Assembly (NCBI GenBank): GCA_013239625.1
Contig: MU055452.1
Span: forward strand, 3,699,394 to 3,763,393
Direction of reading: 5' to 3'
DNA: 64,000 nt
From: Lama guanicoe
Taxonomy: Eukaryota
Shown one piece after another: positions 23,806-35,704 of the stretch. Numbering within the stretch: position 1 is the stretch's first letter; each line of letters opens with the position of its first letter. The translations under genes were made by a program, and so were the position numbers. The notes beneath the pieces are model-generated. The model searched no databases and was not told the origin of the DNA. It saw only the letters and a program-made list of their open reading frames with translations.

Positions 23806-26454
23806 TCTGTCATCAAAATTTTCCAATTGTATAAATGACATCTCAGTGTAATTCGAATTTGCATTTCTCTTGTGAAGTTGAGCATACATTCCTACATTTG
23901 AGCTATTTTTTTCTATTTCTGTGAGCTGATGGTCTTATCTTTTGCTGTTAGTCTCTTCAATTTCTATAAAATCACTTTATGATAGGACGATTAGCTCTGT
24001 CTGTGATATGAATATATATGCATATTTTCTTCCAGTTTGTGGTATTTCTCTTTTTTGTTTTCTTTCCTTCTTCCGTTTTGTTTTGTTCTGTTTTGCCATT
24101 CTGAAGTTTTAATTTTTATGTCGACAAATTAATCAATCTTCTGTCTTTTCTGTATTTTGCATCATGGCAAGTCATAGAATAAGAATGTCATGTTTCCTAA
24201 TAACGCTTTAAAAAAAAATGTCTTTGGTCTGCCTCTTTAACCCACTGGAATTCATCCTAGTGGATATTCATCAGCTTTTACCTTCATCGTGCTTTTCCTG
24301 CCCTGTGATCTCTCCCAGAATTGCCCCCCGCTCTGAAACTGCCCTCGGATTTCTTTGAAGGAGGTGTTCTATTTCATTGCCCCAAACTACTTCCTCTTGT
24401 CGATGATGACGGGTCTCTTGGCTTTCCCCTTCACTTGGCCTTTCCCACCCTTGTGAGCAGAAGAGCTTCCTGCTGCAGCACTCCTCTGCCCGAGCAATCA
24501 TGGGGCCCAGTGTTTACCTCAGCTCAGTGCTTATTTTCTTCCTTTTCCACGACTCTTCATTGTTTCTCTTCTGTTCAAAATGGCAGAGCAACTTGTGTGC
24601 CATTTTCAGATGGCATTGGACCCCGTCTCGCCTCAAGACTGCAGTGTGTTTTTCATTGCAGCCTCAAAAAGTAATGGAAAACATTGAGTGTGCCACCTTT
24701 TTATAAATCTGTGGGGTCCTTCTACAACTCAGCACTTCTACAACAGTGCACATTTTAAATTTATTTTTGTCTTAAACCACCACCACCAAAAAGTGAAAGG
24801 TATGATTCCAAGAGGTCATCTAAAGGAAAGCTTTAAATAAAGGGGTAGGTAATTTGCTTCACAGATGTAAGAAACATGGTCTCTCTAAAGAGATTTAATA
24901 AAGCTGTTGAAACAGATTTCATATATAGAATAAAGCTAGTTTTCTATGCCAAATATTTAACGAATGTGTCTATTTGTAAAATGCATATGGGATCAGGGAA
25001 TATAATTTTCATAGCACCCATCTGATAACTGCATTATTCAAGGGTGAAAATGCCACAAACGAGTATTGTTAGTCGTATCAAATAAATGCCAATAAAAGCT
25101 TATTATTACAACGAAAAATTTTTTGTCTTGACAGTCATTCATTCAGGGAGAAAAATACCAAAAATAGACAGACCTGATCTACATTCATCTATGGAACATT
25201 AAACAAGTCACACAAATCACATCTACCCACGGACTTGATTAAATTCTGTTGTTTTGGCCGAAGTAGAAAAACTAGAACGATTAAACTTTATTGGATTTAC
25301 TGCCGCCCATCTGTTTGGCCATCCCTTAGGTGTGCTTCTAAAAATATTGCTCCTGCAATTCTGGTGCTTTTATTTTTTTAGCATCCTAGGTCCATTCTGT
25401 CCCCTAAATATGAGTGAATCATAGTTCATGATCCGTGGCCTTCTTCCAGGTGAGTAACACCCAAGGAGGGCTGGTCTCGTTTTAGAATGAAAGAAGCCCG
25501 TCATGTTCTGTGGGGCTGGTTAACTGTCCCCGCCATTGAGTCGGAGGCTTGATCCAATGAGAGAAAAGGAAACCAGCAGTCATTCCTTCCTCCCCTGGGT
25601 GTTTTAAGCTCCTCTGCCCACGTATGATACAAAGAAAATGCATCCCCTCTACCTGTTTGCCCAACCGCCTCTGGGTGTCCCAGACTCTGCTTGCTTTACC
25701 CAAGAAGAGAGTATTTCTGCCTGCTGTTGCTAGAATGATGCAGGATCCACTCTCACGGCTACTCTCCATGGCCCCTCTGCCTTTGTCCTGCATGACAAAG
25801 GTGGGTGCAGGAAACGGGGTGGCGAGACGCCCATCTCCCTGCCATCCTTCCTTCTTCCCGTGTGTCTGCAGTGTCGCCTCTATGGAAACTTCCATCACAG
25901 CCGTCTCCTCCGGGCACCCCCACCCTCCTCATCAGAATACTCCTCCCCTGAGTGGCACTAGCTGTGGGATTGTAAGACTCCATTATAATAAAGGTGACGA
26001 TGACAGATCTCGAGGAAGTAGAGCTCCAAAGTGAGGGAGGGAGGCACATCAGAGAGAACGGGCTCCCGGAGCCTGATAATGAGATGGAGAGGACGTTTTT
26101 CTGCTTATGGGTGAAAGAGATGGGGAAGTCTCTGAAGACAAAGCACATAATAATGTGATCACAGAGCCCTCTTAATGGGGCCAGTGTGATGTTCAGGGAA
26201 CGTATTCTTTCCCCTGCCTTTTTCTTATGTTCCAGTGGAAAGGTCTTCAAACGAGTGTTTACTTTATGTACCTCGCTGGGTAACACCACACTTGAGCCAA
26301 GGTTTTTACTGCAGCCAAGTTACACGTAGGTGTATGTTTCATTGACTTAATAACCTTGGGTCTTGTAGATAATTTTTTTCTAAACTCTGTCTCAGAAGAA
26401 TTTTTTTTTAATGTTTGGTTAGATATAAATCCCTTAGTAGTGTTGTCAATTTCT

Positions 26455-26593
26455 TTCCTTTTTTTTTATTTTTAGTGTTTTTTGGGGGGTGGGCGGCAAT
26501 TAGATCTGTTTATTAAATGGAGGTACTGGAGATGGAACCCAGGACCTCGTGCATGCTGAGCATGCGCTCTACCACTTGAGCGATACCCTCCCC
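26455..26593 (-). mobile_element. Vic-1-like SINE
   Basis: T-rich tail then tggaggtactggagatggaacccaggacctcgtgcatgctgagcatgcgctctaccacttgagcgataccctcccc. Confidence 0.88.
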
Positions 26594-27164
26594 ACTGTGA
26601 ATTTATTTCTTAAAGATTTTCTAACATACTTATTAGGTTGGGTGCCCCCTTGCCCTTTTCTTTTCCTAAAACATAAAATGGCTTTTTTTTTTCCTTCTAA
26701 GAGAGGTGTATAAATGGGTTCAACTTCCTGTGTCAGGAATGCCCTGTTTTTGCCAGGCTGGAATCTGGAGATGCAGGACCTCTGTAGGAAGTGACCCGAG
26801 GTCCCCTCGGTGTTCAGGAAGGAATCGGGCCACACCTCTGTCTCGTGTGCCAGAGGCAACTGCCGCTCTCAGGATAGCCAAGGATGCAACCCACGTTTCT
26901 CTTGGACTGTGACCCGGGCCCAATTCATGAGCATGGCTCGACTGAATGGCTACAGCCTCTCCCTTTCTCTCTCTTGACTTGCCAGTCCCTGAGCTGGGCA
27001 ATCAGAAAGGCATTTCAAAGTCATGGCTCTCCCCAGCACATGCAAATAAAGGGGGACTTTCCAGAGCTATTCTTTCCCACAGGGCATTCTGGATGGCTTC
27101 TGAAACTGGGAACAAGAAAGATGGTCCACCAGCCCTAAATACTTTGGGCTTAGGACTAGGGATT

Positions 27165-27350
27165 TGGAGGGTGGGAATGAAGAATGCTAATAGATCTGGG
27201 GTTTCTTTTGGAGTGATGAAAACTTTCTAAAATTGAGTGGTGGCTGTGTGCACCTTTATGACTATACCAAAAATGACTGGATTGTACACTTGAAACAGGG
27301 AAATTATGTGGCATGTGAGTTATATTTCAACAAAGCTCTTATAAAAATAT
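27165..27350 (+). mobile_element. Old L1M 3' end
   Basis: gggtttcttttggagtgatgaaaactttctaaaattg...attgtacacttgaaa...gtgagttatatttcaacaaagct. Confidence 0.7.
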
Positions 27351-27899
27351 CGATGTATTTGATTGTTTGTAATTAATCCTATTCTTCTAGGATCCCACCC
27401 TTAATGAATCTAATGAGACACATCTCTCAAGAGCCACATGAAGTCACCTGTGACTAAGTCCAGGTGTCAGAAGAGATGAGCGGAGTTTGTGCAAAGTTTG
27501 TTCCTGTGACAGTCTCAGAAGCTCCTATTGACCTTACAAAACCTTGCTATGCAATTCATTCCTTCCAAAATAGGGAATCTGAGTTTTGTATTACATGCTT
27601 AAATAGCCCAAGATCAATTTTTAAAACGTTAGGGTAATCAAAGCTCAGAAATACATATAATCCTAGAGTCACGACTTGCCTGTCACCTGGTACTTCCCGA
27701 TTCACTGGCTGGAGGGATCAGGCAGGAGCACCCCCAGGGGAACTTCGGGGTTACGCACATCAGCATTTTGTCAGAGCAGCTGCGGGTGGGGTCAGTAGGG
27801 GGGATATCACTGAATCCAGGGCGTGAGCTCCACTCACGTCTTAGAATGCCTGTACGAGTTTGGGACCCCACCCCTCACTTTGGTGTTGACCTTCAAGAG

Positions 27900-28260
27900 C
27901 AAGCACCTGCATTTCTTTCTGAGAAGCTTGTCCTCAGTCTGTCTGTACAGAGAGCCAGCAGGGCCGGGGAGTGGCCCTCAGTCAGTGGCTGAGGGGTACA
28001 CACGGGGAGCGGGGAAATGCCAGCCTCCTTGTCTCCAGTGCAGACAACTCTGAGGCAGGACTCACACTTTAGAGCTCCCGGTGGGGTCAGGCAAGGCCCC
28101 TCAGAGGGTCTCTGCGGGGATCACGCTTTTCCTTAGCTTCCTCCCCTTCCCTGTCCTGCTTCCCTGCTTCCTGACGGGTCTCCCCCAGGAGCACTTCCTT
28201 TAGAAATTCCCTGCACATCCATCCTCATCACAGAGGCTGCTTCTGGGGCCTGACCTAAGC
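27900..28260 (+). mobile_element. LTR16-like ERVL solo LTR
   Basis: gacaactctgaggc...ccctgtcctgcttccc...gagcacttcctttagaaattccctgcac...catcctcatcacagaggctgcttctgggg. Confidence 0.6.
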
Positions 28261-28459
28261 CCACAGTCCACACACCAGGCTGATAACCAGTGTGCTGGTG
28301 GTTAGCGTGCCTGGACGCGCCGTGGGTACAGCTGGTCTACGAGTCCTGCCTGCAGACTTTCTCTCTGGGACACTGGAGTGCGTGGGCAGGCAGGTGATCA
28401 GGTGGGACTTGGCAGAACCAAGAGGTAGAGGGAGAAAGACACTGGGGGTCCTGGGGACA

Positions 28460-28620
28460 CTGTTTGCAACCTGTGTGGTCACAGAGGGCTCTGCACTTAG
28501 AGGGACCCTGTACTGGGTTTTGTGCTCTTATACTGTCATCCTGAAACTCTTAATGATTTCTGAAAAGGGGCCCTGTGCTTTCATTTGGTACTGGGCCTGC
28601 AAATTATGTGGCTGGTCCTA
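28460..28620 (+). mobile_element. MER91-like hAT-Tip100 element
   Basis: ctgtcatcctgaaactcttaatgatttctgaaaaggggccctgtgctttcatttggtactgggcctgcaaattatgtggctggtcct. Confidence 0.65.
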
Positions 28621-28994
28621 ATCCCTGTACCTAAGCACATCTGAAGCTATATACTCCTGGATGTTTTCGGTTTCACGACCCAGCCAACGTCCTTTGAGCT
28701 ATGATCACAGTCTGGGTCCCCAGTTGCAAACATCAGGAACTCAGTCTAGCCAGTTTCAGCAGGAATTTGTTCAAGCCTATCAGATAACTCCCAGAATCTG
28801 AGAGGTCCAGAGAAACCAACCTGAAGACCCAGCAGCAAGGAATAATGGCTAGATTCCACCTCAGATAGGATATATCCCTGGACATAAATATCGCGGTCAC
28901 GCACCAGAGTCTGAGGCTTGGATGCTACCTGCAACCTTCGTCACTAGGAGATGGATACTCTGCTGCTGTGCTCAGCAGAATGGGTCCTATGACA

Positions 28995-29108
28995 GGGGAG
29001 GGTATAGCTCAGTGGTGTGTGCTTAGCATGCACAAGGTCCTGGGTTCAACCCCTAGTACCTCCATTAAATAAAATAAATAAACCTAATTACTCCTCCCAC
29101 CAAAAAAA
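28995..29108 (+). mobile_element. Vic-1-like SINE with TSD
   Basis: ggggagggtatagctcagtggt...gcttagcatgcacaaggtcctgggttcaacccctagtacctcc...aacctaattac; flanked by agaatgggtcc at about 28978 and 29109. Confidence 0.88.
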
Positions 29109-31629
29109 AGAATGGGTCCCACGTGTTACCAACTTTTTCATGGCGCTAGTTTCCCGATCAAAGTCTTATGTGGGTATCAGATGCCTCCTGCCTGCACTTT
29201 AGAAGCAACAGCAGTTGGGCAAGAGGGAGTCCAGCTTCTATCTTGTGGAGACATGGGGGGGGTCATAAACCAGGGAATTTCCCCAAACAGAGGAAGGGGG
29301 TTTAAAGATGATGAGAGGTATCCAGATGGATCCAAAAGCCAGTACTTCTATATCTTTGAATTCTGCTGCTGACTGTGCATGTGGGAAGTACTTCATAAAC
29401 ACGGAACAAATGGGTGGACGCACACACTTTCCACTGCTCTCAGTGATTCTGAGGTATGCCCAGTATCCCAGTATGCCCTGCCCAACCAGTCCTTAGGACA
29501 TCCTACACCTTGTTGCCCTTCTGGGGTGCTGCCCCAGGCCCACTTTTCAACCCCACCTCCCTGGTAATCTACTATTTCCCACCCACATAGAATCCCAACC
29601 AGGAAAACCCAGGTACATTTCTGCAAAGCAAAACATAACCCAGCCCTTAGGTTGTAAGGTGTTTGCTTACCTGGAGGCAGGTGGAAAGGTGCTTCCTAGA
29701 TGTTGGCCGCCACAAAGCAACTCCCACACGCTTACTGCAGCTGGCAGGTGAGAAACCTATTTCTAGACAGAAAAGAGAAAAGGATTTCTTTGTTGCTAAT
29801 AATTTTTATGCTGCTTCCAGACCTTTCAGAAGGAGTATTTTTCGGAATCAGGTGTTAACAAAATAATGAACAAAATAAAACGTACAGTTAGCAATTATCA
29901 GTTTCCTTTGATGAATCCGCCCTAGAGTTTGTTTTTGCCAATGTGATGTAAAAATTAAACAGAAGAACAAAAGAGTGCCTTTGGGAGGGGCATGAAATCA
30001 ACATTTTAAAACAACTGTTTCATCCATTTTGTACCTGGGTATTGAATACATTTATTTCAAAGGAGAGGCTGGAGTAAAGAAAGCGGGAATGGGCAGAGGG
30101 CCTGCTGTGGACGCCAAGCTCCTGGAGGTGGGGTTTTTGGCTCTTTCGCAAGAGGCTCCAGGTGGGCCGCAGGGAGAGCCTCCTGGTGTCAGAGAGATGA
30201 GGTGGGGCAGACATCAGCAAGGCCAGAATCACATCTAACTGATGTGTGCTTGGGCACGTGCAGGATGGAGAACTGGGCAAGGGCAAAGAGCGGTTTCTCT
30301 TCCACGGAGTCAGCTCCTGGGATCCGTTCTTCTGAAGGTTCACTGCTGCTGGGGGAGGCGCTGGCGTGAACTGGGGCTCCTCTAAGATGCTACTCTTTGC
30401 CCCCCTGGTTGGAAGGATTACCAACCGGCCTTTATTCTCCCAGAGAGGTCAGGCACTGCAAGAGCCTTCCGCATGTCCTTCAAAGGGGATGTGGCCCTGA
30501 ACTCTGCTTACCTGGGAATCAGCTGAGAGGGTATGGTCTCAGTAGACATTTGCGAAACAAGTACTTGTTCACTTGAAACCTTCGCCTGGGCTGTTTCCCC
30601 TAGAGTGTTCTTCTCCATCAGTCATACTGGCTTCTTGGAACTTTTACAGAAAGCATTCAAACATAAAGTCATAAATCTCGAGGGAGAGGTATTCTCCTAA
30701 AAGCTGGGAATACATATCCACCCCGAATGGCCAGCCCCGCGGTTGGGTTCACCTCCTATGCACCCCCAATACTCAGGCCCGGCTCCCCTGTGCTGCCCGG
30801 GGAGAGGAGAACACGTGTCGGATTCTGTGTTTCCACTGTAAAGGAAGCAGCTGCATCCTTAGAGGCAGTTCCTGAATAACCTGTGCTGTGTGTTTTCACT
30901 GACCTTAAATCCAAAACCAAGTAGATGGAGAGTAGCCACAAGGAAGAGAAAGGCAGCTTGAGAGATTCACTTTTAAGGCATCAGCCGCATCTGAGAAAGC
31001 TCGTCTCTGCTCCCAAGTGAGGTCTTCAGGTCTAACAGCACTTCCAAGGCAGCTCCTCCCAAGACCCTCCCTGTCCAGCATCCTTTGGGTGATGGTCTCA
31101 CCTTCTGTCATCCAGAGGAGGTGGTGAGGCTTTCTTCATATTCAAGGGGAGATGCAGAACCCATGTCTCAGCTGCCATCTCTGAGATGCAGTGCACACTT
31201 CCTCCTGTCCCCAGGGAAGCCCTGGCAGTGGGTTAAAATTCACAATCAATCTCATTTCTGGGCCTGAGGGAGATCACTTTCTGAACTGAGATTCCCTGCC
31301 TGCAGCCTCTGAGATCACAGTGACCAAGTAGAGCTTCCCCTCTTTCTCCTTATAAGTGGCCAAGATAGGTTCTTCCAGGATTCAGAGCCCAAGCTGCAAC
31401 TCCCCACTAAGACACTTATGCATCTTTTCTATTCAACAGGATGCATAAATCCTCCAAGAGGGCATAAGCATCTTTTCAGGGGCGATGCCAAACCAGCAGC
31501 TGCTCACGCGTGCTGTAAGCAGACACAAAAGAATCAGCCACGTGCTGTAGCGTGCCCTCCCCATTCTCAACTTCAAAGACCTTTGGCTTCCTCAACCTAA
31601 GAACCATGATAGCCTTGTGGTAGGGACAT

Positions 31630-31830
31630 ACTCACGGTTCTAAAGCCCAGCTCTGCCACTCCCTGTCTGTGTCATCCTGGGCAAGCTACCTGACCTCTGG
31701 GACTCAAGTCGGTCATCTGTAAAATGGAGATAATAATTGCACTGCCTCATGGGAGATTAGATGAGACAGGGCAGGTGAAGGGCTTAGCTGGGTACCTGGA
31801 ACACACTGTAGGAGCTGAGCGAACATCTAT
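31630..31830 (+). mobile_element. MIR SINE
   Basis: cccagctctgccactccctgtctgtgtcatcctgggcaagctacctgacctctgggactcaagtcggtcatctgtaaaatggagataataa. Confidence 0.8.
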
Positions 31831-33149
31831 CATTACCTGTTACTCAGACACAGGTGGACGGGAGAGACATAAGCTTTACGGGAGCCTGGGATCCTGAAAG
31901 ATGCTCTCCTGAGGTGCTGGGGGAAGATGAGCTGTTGGACATACTGAGTTTGGGGTACTTGTGGGAGGCTGCAGTGGCGGTCCCTCCCTGAAGATGGAGG
32001 CTCGGAGCATGGTGAGGTCTGCACTAGGGTGGCTGGTTCCAGCTACGGATGAGCTGCCCAGGGAGAGAAAGCTTAGATGAACACAGCCATGGCTTTGACT
32101 TCAACTCAGCTGAGTGATGAATCAGCATGGTTCTGGCATGGCGGGGCACTGCTGCTGGCTGCTCGGGCTGGGGCGGGGGGGGTCCAGCCTGTACCTCCTG
32201 AGACTGCTGCTTCTGGAGAACTTGGAGGAGATGCACAAAATTGGGAGATTCCGTGTAGGGCTGGAGGCTGGGGAGATGAGCAGTCTCAGAGGAGACTGGG
32301 CCCTCCCCTCTGGTCCCCTGGCCTTAAACACAGTGTCGCACTCCCTCCCCATCCCTGCATGGAGCCTCCAGCAAGTGGGAGGGAAGCCTGCCTCTGGGAG
32401 AATTCTCTTCCTCCCCTAAATCCCCAGGGATGCCTGCCAGGGTGCACTGGGCCTCTGGGGAGCTTTGCTTTCTCGCCTGTGAGGCTCTGCAGAGGCCTGG
32501 CTGTCAGCAGGAGACAGGGGGGCAGCATTCCCTGAGGCTTGGCACTACTGTGGGGGCAGCACATTGGCTCCAAGGAGCATTTGTCCTGGCAGAGGTGGGG
32601 GCGAGAGCAGCAGCATTGCCTGGTGGCGGTTCCCAGGTGAGTACTGGGAGGTGCGCCCCGCAGGCACCAAGGAAAGTGAGAAACACGGCAGGCTGTGCCC
32701 CACACAACTGAGTGAAGCAAAGATGGACAATGGGACTCAGTCTCTCCGAGAACCTGCTTGAAGCACAAGACTGATCACAGGGTCTTCTACAGTCAGGGAC
32801 ATCATTTACTCACTCACTGCAGGTCTCCGGGCTCAAAACAGCATCTCTTAATTGCATCACTCTGTTTCCACAATGCGGTCTCTCTGATGTCAGGAAAGGT
32901 CTTTCCCTTATCTTCAAGATTTCATCTTTGTGAAACCAGAGCTTTTTCTGTGTTCTGGAATCAGTCACCAAACTCTTTGAGAAGAGCCTCAGGGTTAATG
33001 ATGCAGCCGATTCTAGCCCAGGGAGGTGGGGCCGAACGTTTTTCTTCCAGGGTGGAATTCAGGGCAGAAGCCTCCGTGTTGCCAGCTCCCTTCCTCTTGG
33101 CTTTGACTCAAGCTTCCAGTTTGGTGTTGGGATTAATTGTGCCCTAAAG

Positions 33150-33362
33150 CAGAGTTTCTCAACCTTGGCACTACTGACGTTTTGGTCCTATAATTCCTTG
33201 TTCTTCGGGGCTATCCTGCGCGCCGGCGATCTTTAGCAACATTTCTGGTCTCTAGGTGCCTATAGCAGTCTTCCTCTCCCAAGCTGTGACAACCCAAAAG
33301 GTCTCCAGACACTGTCAAATCCCCTTTCAGGGCCCAGATCACTCTCACTGGACAACTACTGG
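33150..33362 (+). mobile_element. MER20-like hAT element
   Basis: tttctcaaccttggcactactgacgttttggtcc...gtgacaacccaaaaggtctccagacactgtcaaatcccc. Confidence 0.8.
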
Positions 33363-34274
33363 TCAGAAGGAAAGCCTCTGGCTAGAGGTGGTGTCTGGCT
33401 CTTTAATACACAGTGCGTGGGGCCCAGGTCTGCTCTGCTACTTGGCGCCACGAGAAGAGTGAGGAGGGTCTGGTCACAGGACCCCGAGCACCGGCCCTAA
33501 TAATGGGACAGCCTCCTAGTCAGATCCATCGGGCGAACCAGACTTCAAAGCCTGGCCCCCACTTCACCAAGATCCAGGAGGCGGTTTCAGGTGGGGCAGA
33601 GATGCAGCTTTAGAAAACTCCGGAAGAAAAACACAAAGCTTACTTTCTTTCCAAGTTTCTTGCAGACCTACTGACGTCTCCGATTGGTGCTGGCTTCTTT
33701 CCTACCTTGGTAACAAGCCTTCGCAGATTTCCTTTTTTTAATCCCTCCCATTTTATCTCCTGTATTAGCTTTTCTGTTAGGCTTCATGGTATCATTCTTT
33801 TAGGGGATGAGCTAAAAATTACAAAACGCCTCCTTAATTTACCACAGTCTACTTTAGACAAGTACCTTTACCGCATCCTTTAGCAGGGAAGTCCCTCACA
33901 ACAATTTAAATCCGTGCATCCCTTTCCGGCCTGTTGCTCTTGTTGTCGTGGATTTTATTTCTCCATGTGTATGAGGCAAATCTGTTCTTGCCCTGAACCG
34001 CCACACTCCTCATGCCAGCCAACTGTGCCTGCTTATCTCCTTCCACTGCTTGGACTTGGGCTCCTGCCTGGAAGCAGCAGCCACCGTGGTGGGAACTCAA
34101 GTGTGATCCCCTCCAAAACTGGAACCTCTTTTATCCTCCAGCAGTTTCTGCAGCAATTCTGATCTCCGCTGGCTGGCCTTGCCCTCCGGCACTCCGTTCT
34201 GTCTGGTTCTTATGTGCCCTGCTCTGCTTGCCAACGTGCTCTTGGTTCAGTGTTTGTGCTTTTGGCCTCTATGA

Positions 34275-34480
34275 AGCTTCCCAACAGAACCTTCTGTGAT
34301 GAGAGAACTGTTCCACAATCTGTGCTGTCCAAACAGTAATCACTAGCCACGTGTGGTGGCTGAGCATTTGAAACATGACTAGTATGGCTAAGAAACTGAA
34401 TTTTAAATTTTCTTTAATTTTAATTCGTTTAAAGTTGAATAGCCACACATGGATAACAGCTACCACACTGGCTGGTGTAG
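34275..34480 (+). mobile_element. MER3-like hAT element
   Basis: agaaccttctgtgatgagagaactgttc...gctgtccaaacagtaatcactagccacgtgtggtggctgagcatttgaaa...aatagccacacatgg. Confidence 0.8.
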
Positions 34481-35352
34481 ATCTAGATTAAGACTCTGCC
34501 TGGCCTGAATCACCAGCAAATCCTTAGGCTCTCTCACTCACGCAGCACCCACGCTCTTGGCGTCAAGAGGAACTTCATCGTTCATCCATCCATCCCTCCA
34601 TCCATCCCAGGAACCGCCATGGTGTCACTCTCCCAGATGCAAGTGGAGAACACAGAGGTTAATCAGACATGAGCCTAAGACACCCACAGCCTGGAAGAAA
34701 GAGAGAGAGAAACAACACAGCCCCCATTACCTCCAACACGATATTCCTCTGGTTATGACTCACAGACTTCAGAACAGCGGTCTGGACACAGAAGTGGGTG
34801 TGATCAGTTCCAGTTCCGCTGGAATGGGTGGCTGGTCAGAAAGGACATAGCTTTTGAGATCAGTCTTGCAAAAAGCAAGAGGGATATTGAGCAATCTGCT
34901 GTTCTGTGCATCTCTAATGCATTCCTTAAGTTCTAGTAGCTAATCTTTGGTAGCGTGAACTAGAAACCGAGCTAGAGGATTCTGCGGGTAGAGGTGGATT
35001 GAAGAGCAATTGATTCCTTTTAACGTCCTGCTTAGACATTTGGATATTACTTAAATGTAACTTTTCCAAATATTTCAAAACATGAATCAGTGGACTAAAT
35101 TCCACTGAAACAGGAAAAATTAGTCTTTTCTATGAGCCCTGGCTGTTGTCCAAAGAAAGAAAAAAGATGGCCAAAGAGAGGTTCTTTTTCACAAACGGGC
35201 CTTTATAACTTTTAGGAAAGAGGAATGTAAAACATGGAACTTTCTATTGCTAATTTAAATTTTGTTTCATAATCACCTGATTCTGTTAAAAGGAGTTTGT
35301 TTTTTTAAAAAAAGAAAACAACCACATGATTTAAACTACCTTTTGAAAGTAG

Positions 35353-35704
35353 AGACTTGCAGCTGCAAGATGGCAGAGTAGAAGGATGCAGAACTCACCC
35401 TCTCCCATGAAGACATCAAAGACTCACCTACATGTGGAACAATTCTCACAAAATGCCTACTGAACTTTGGCAGAAGATCTCGTACAATTGGAACTGCAAG
35501 GAAAATCTTCACAAAACCAGATGAACAACAAGGCTCTACTGCAGAGCACAGAGGATTATATTCAGTACCTCACAGAAACCTACAGTGAAAGAGGATGCAA
35601 AAAGGAATATAAGTGTGTATATGTACAGCTGAAACGTTACGCTGTACACCAGAAACTGACACAACATTGTAAACTGACACTACTTCAATTTAAGAAAAAA
35701 AAAA
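35353..35704 (+). mobile_element. Short L1 made of a 5' UTR start joined directly to a 3' UTR end and poly(A)
   Basis: caagatggcagagtagaaggatgcagaactcaccctctcccatgaagacatcaaa...acatgtggaacaattctcaca (L1 5' end) runs at about 35515 into atgaacaacaaggctctactgcagagcacag...gctgtacaccagaaactgacacaacattgtaaactgac plus A tail (L1 3' end). Confidence 0.72.
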
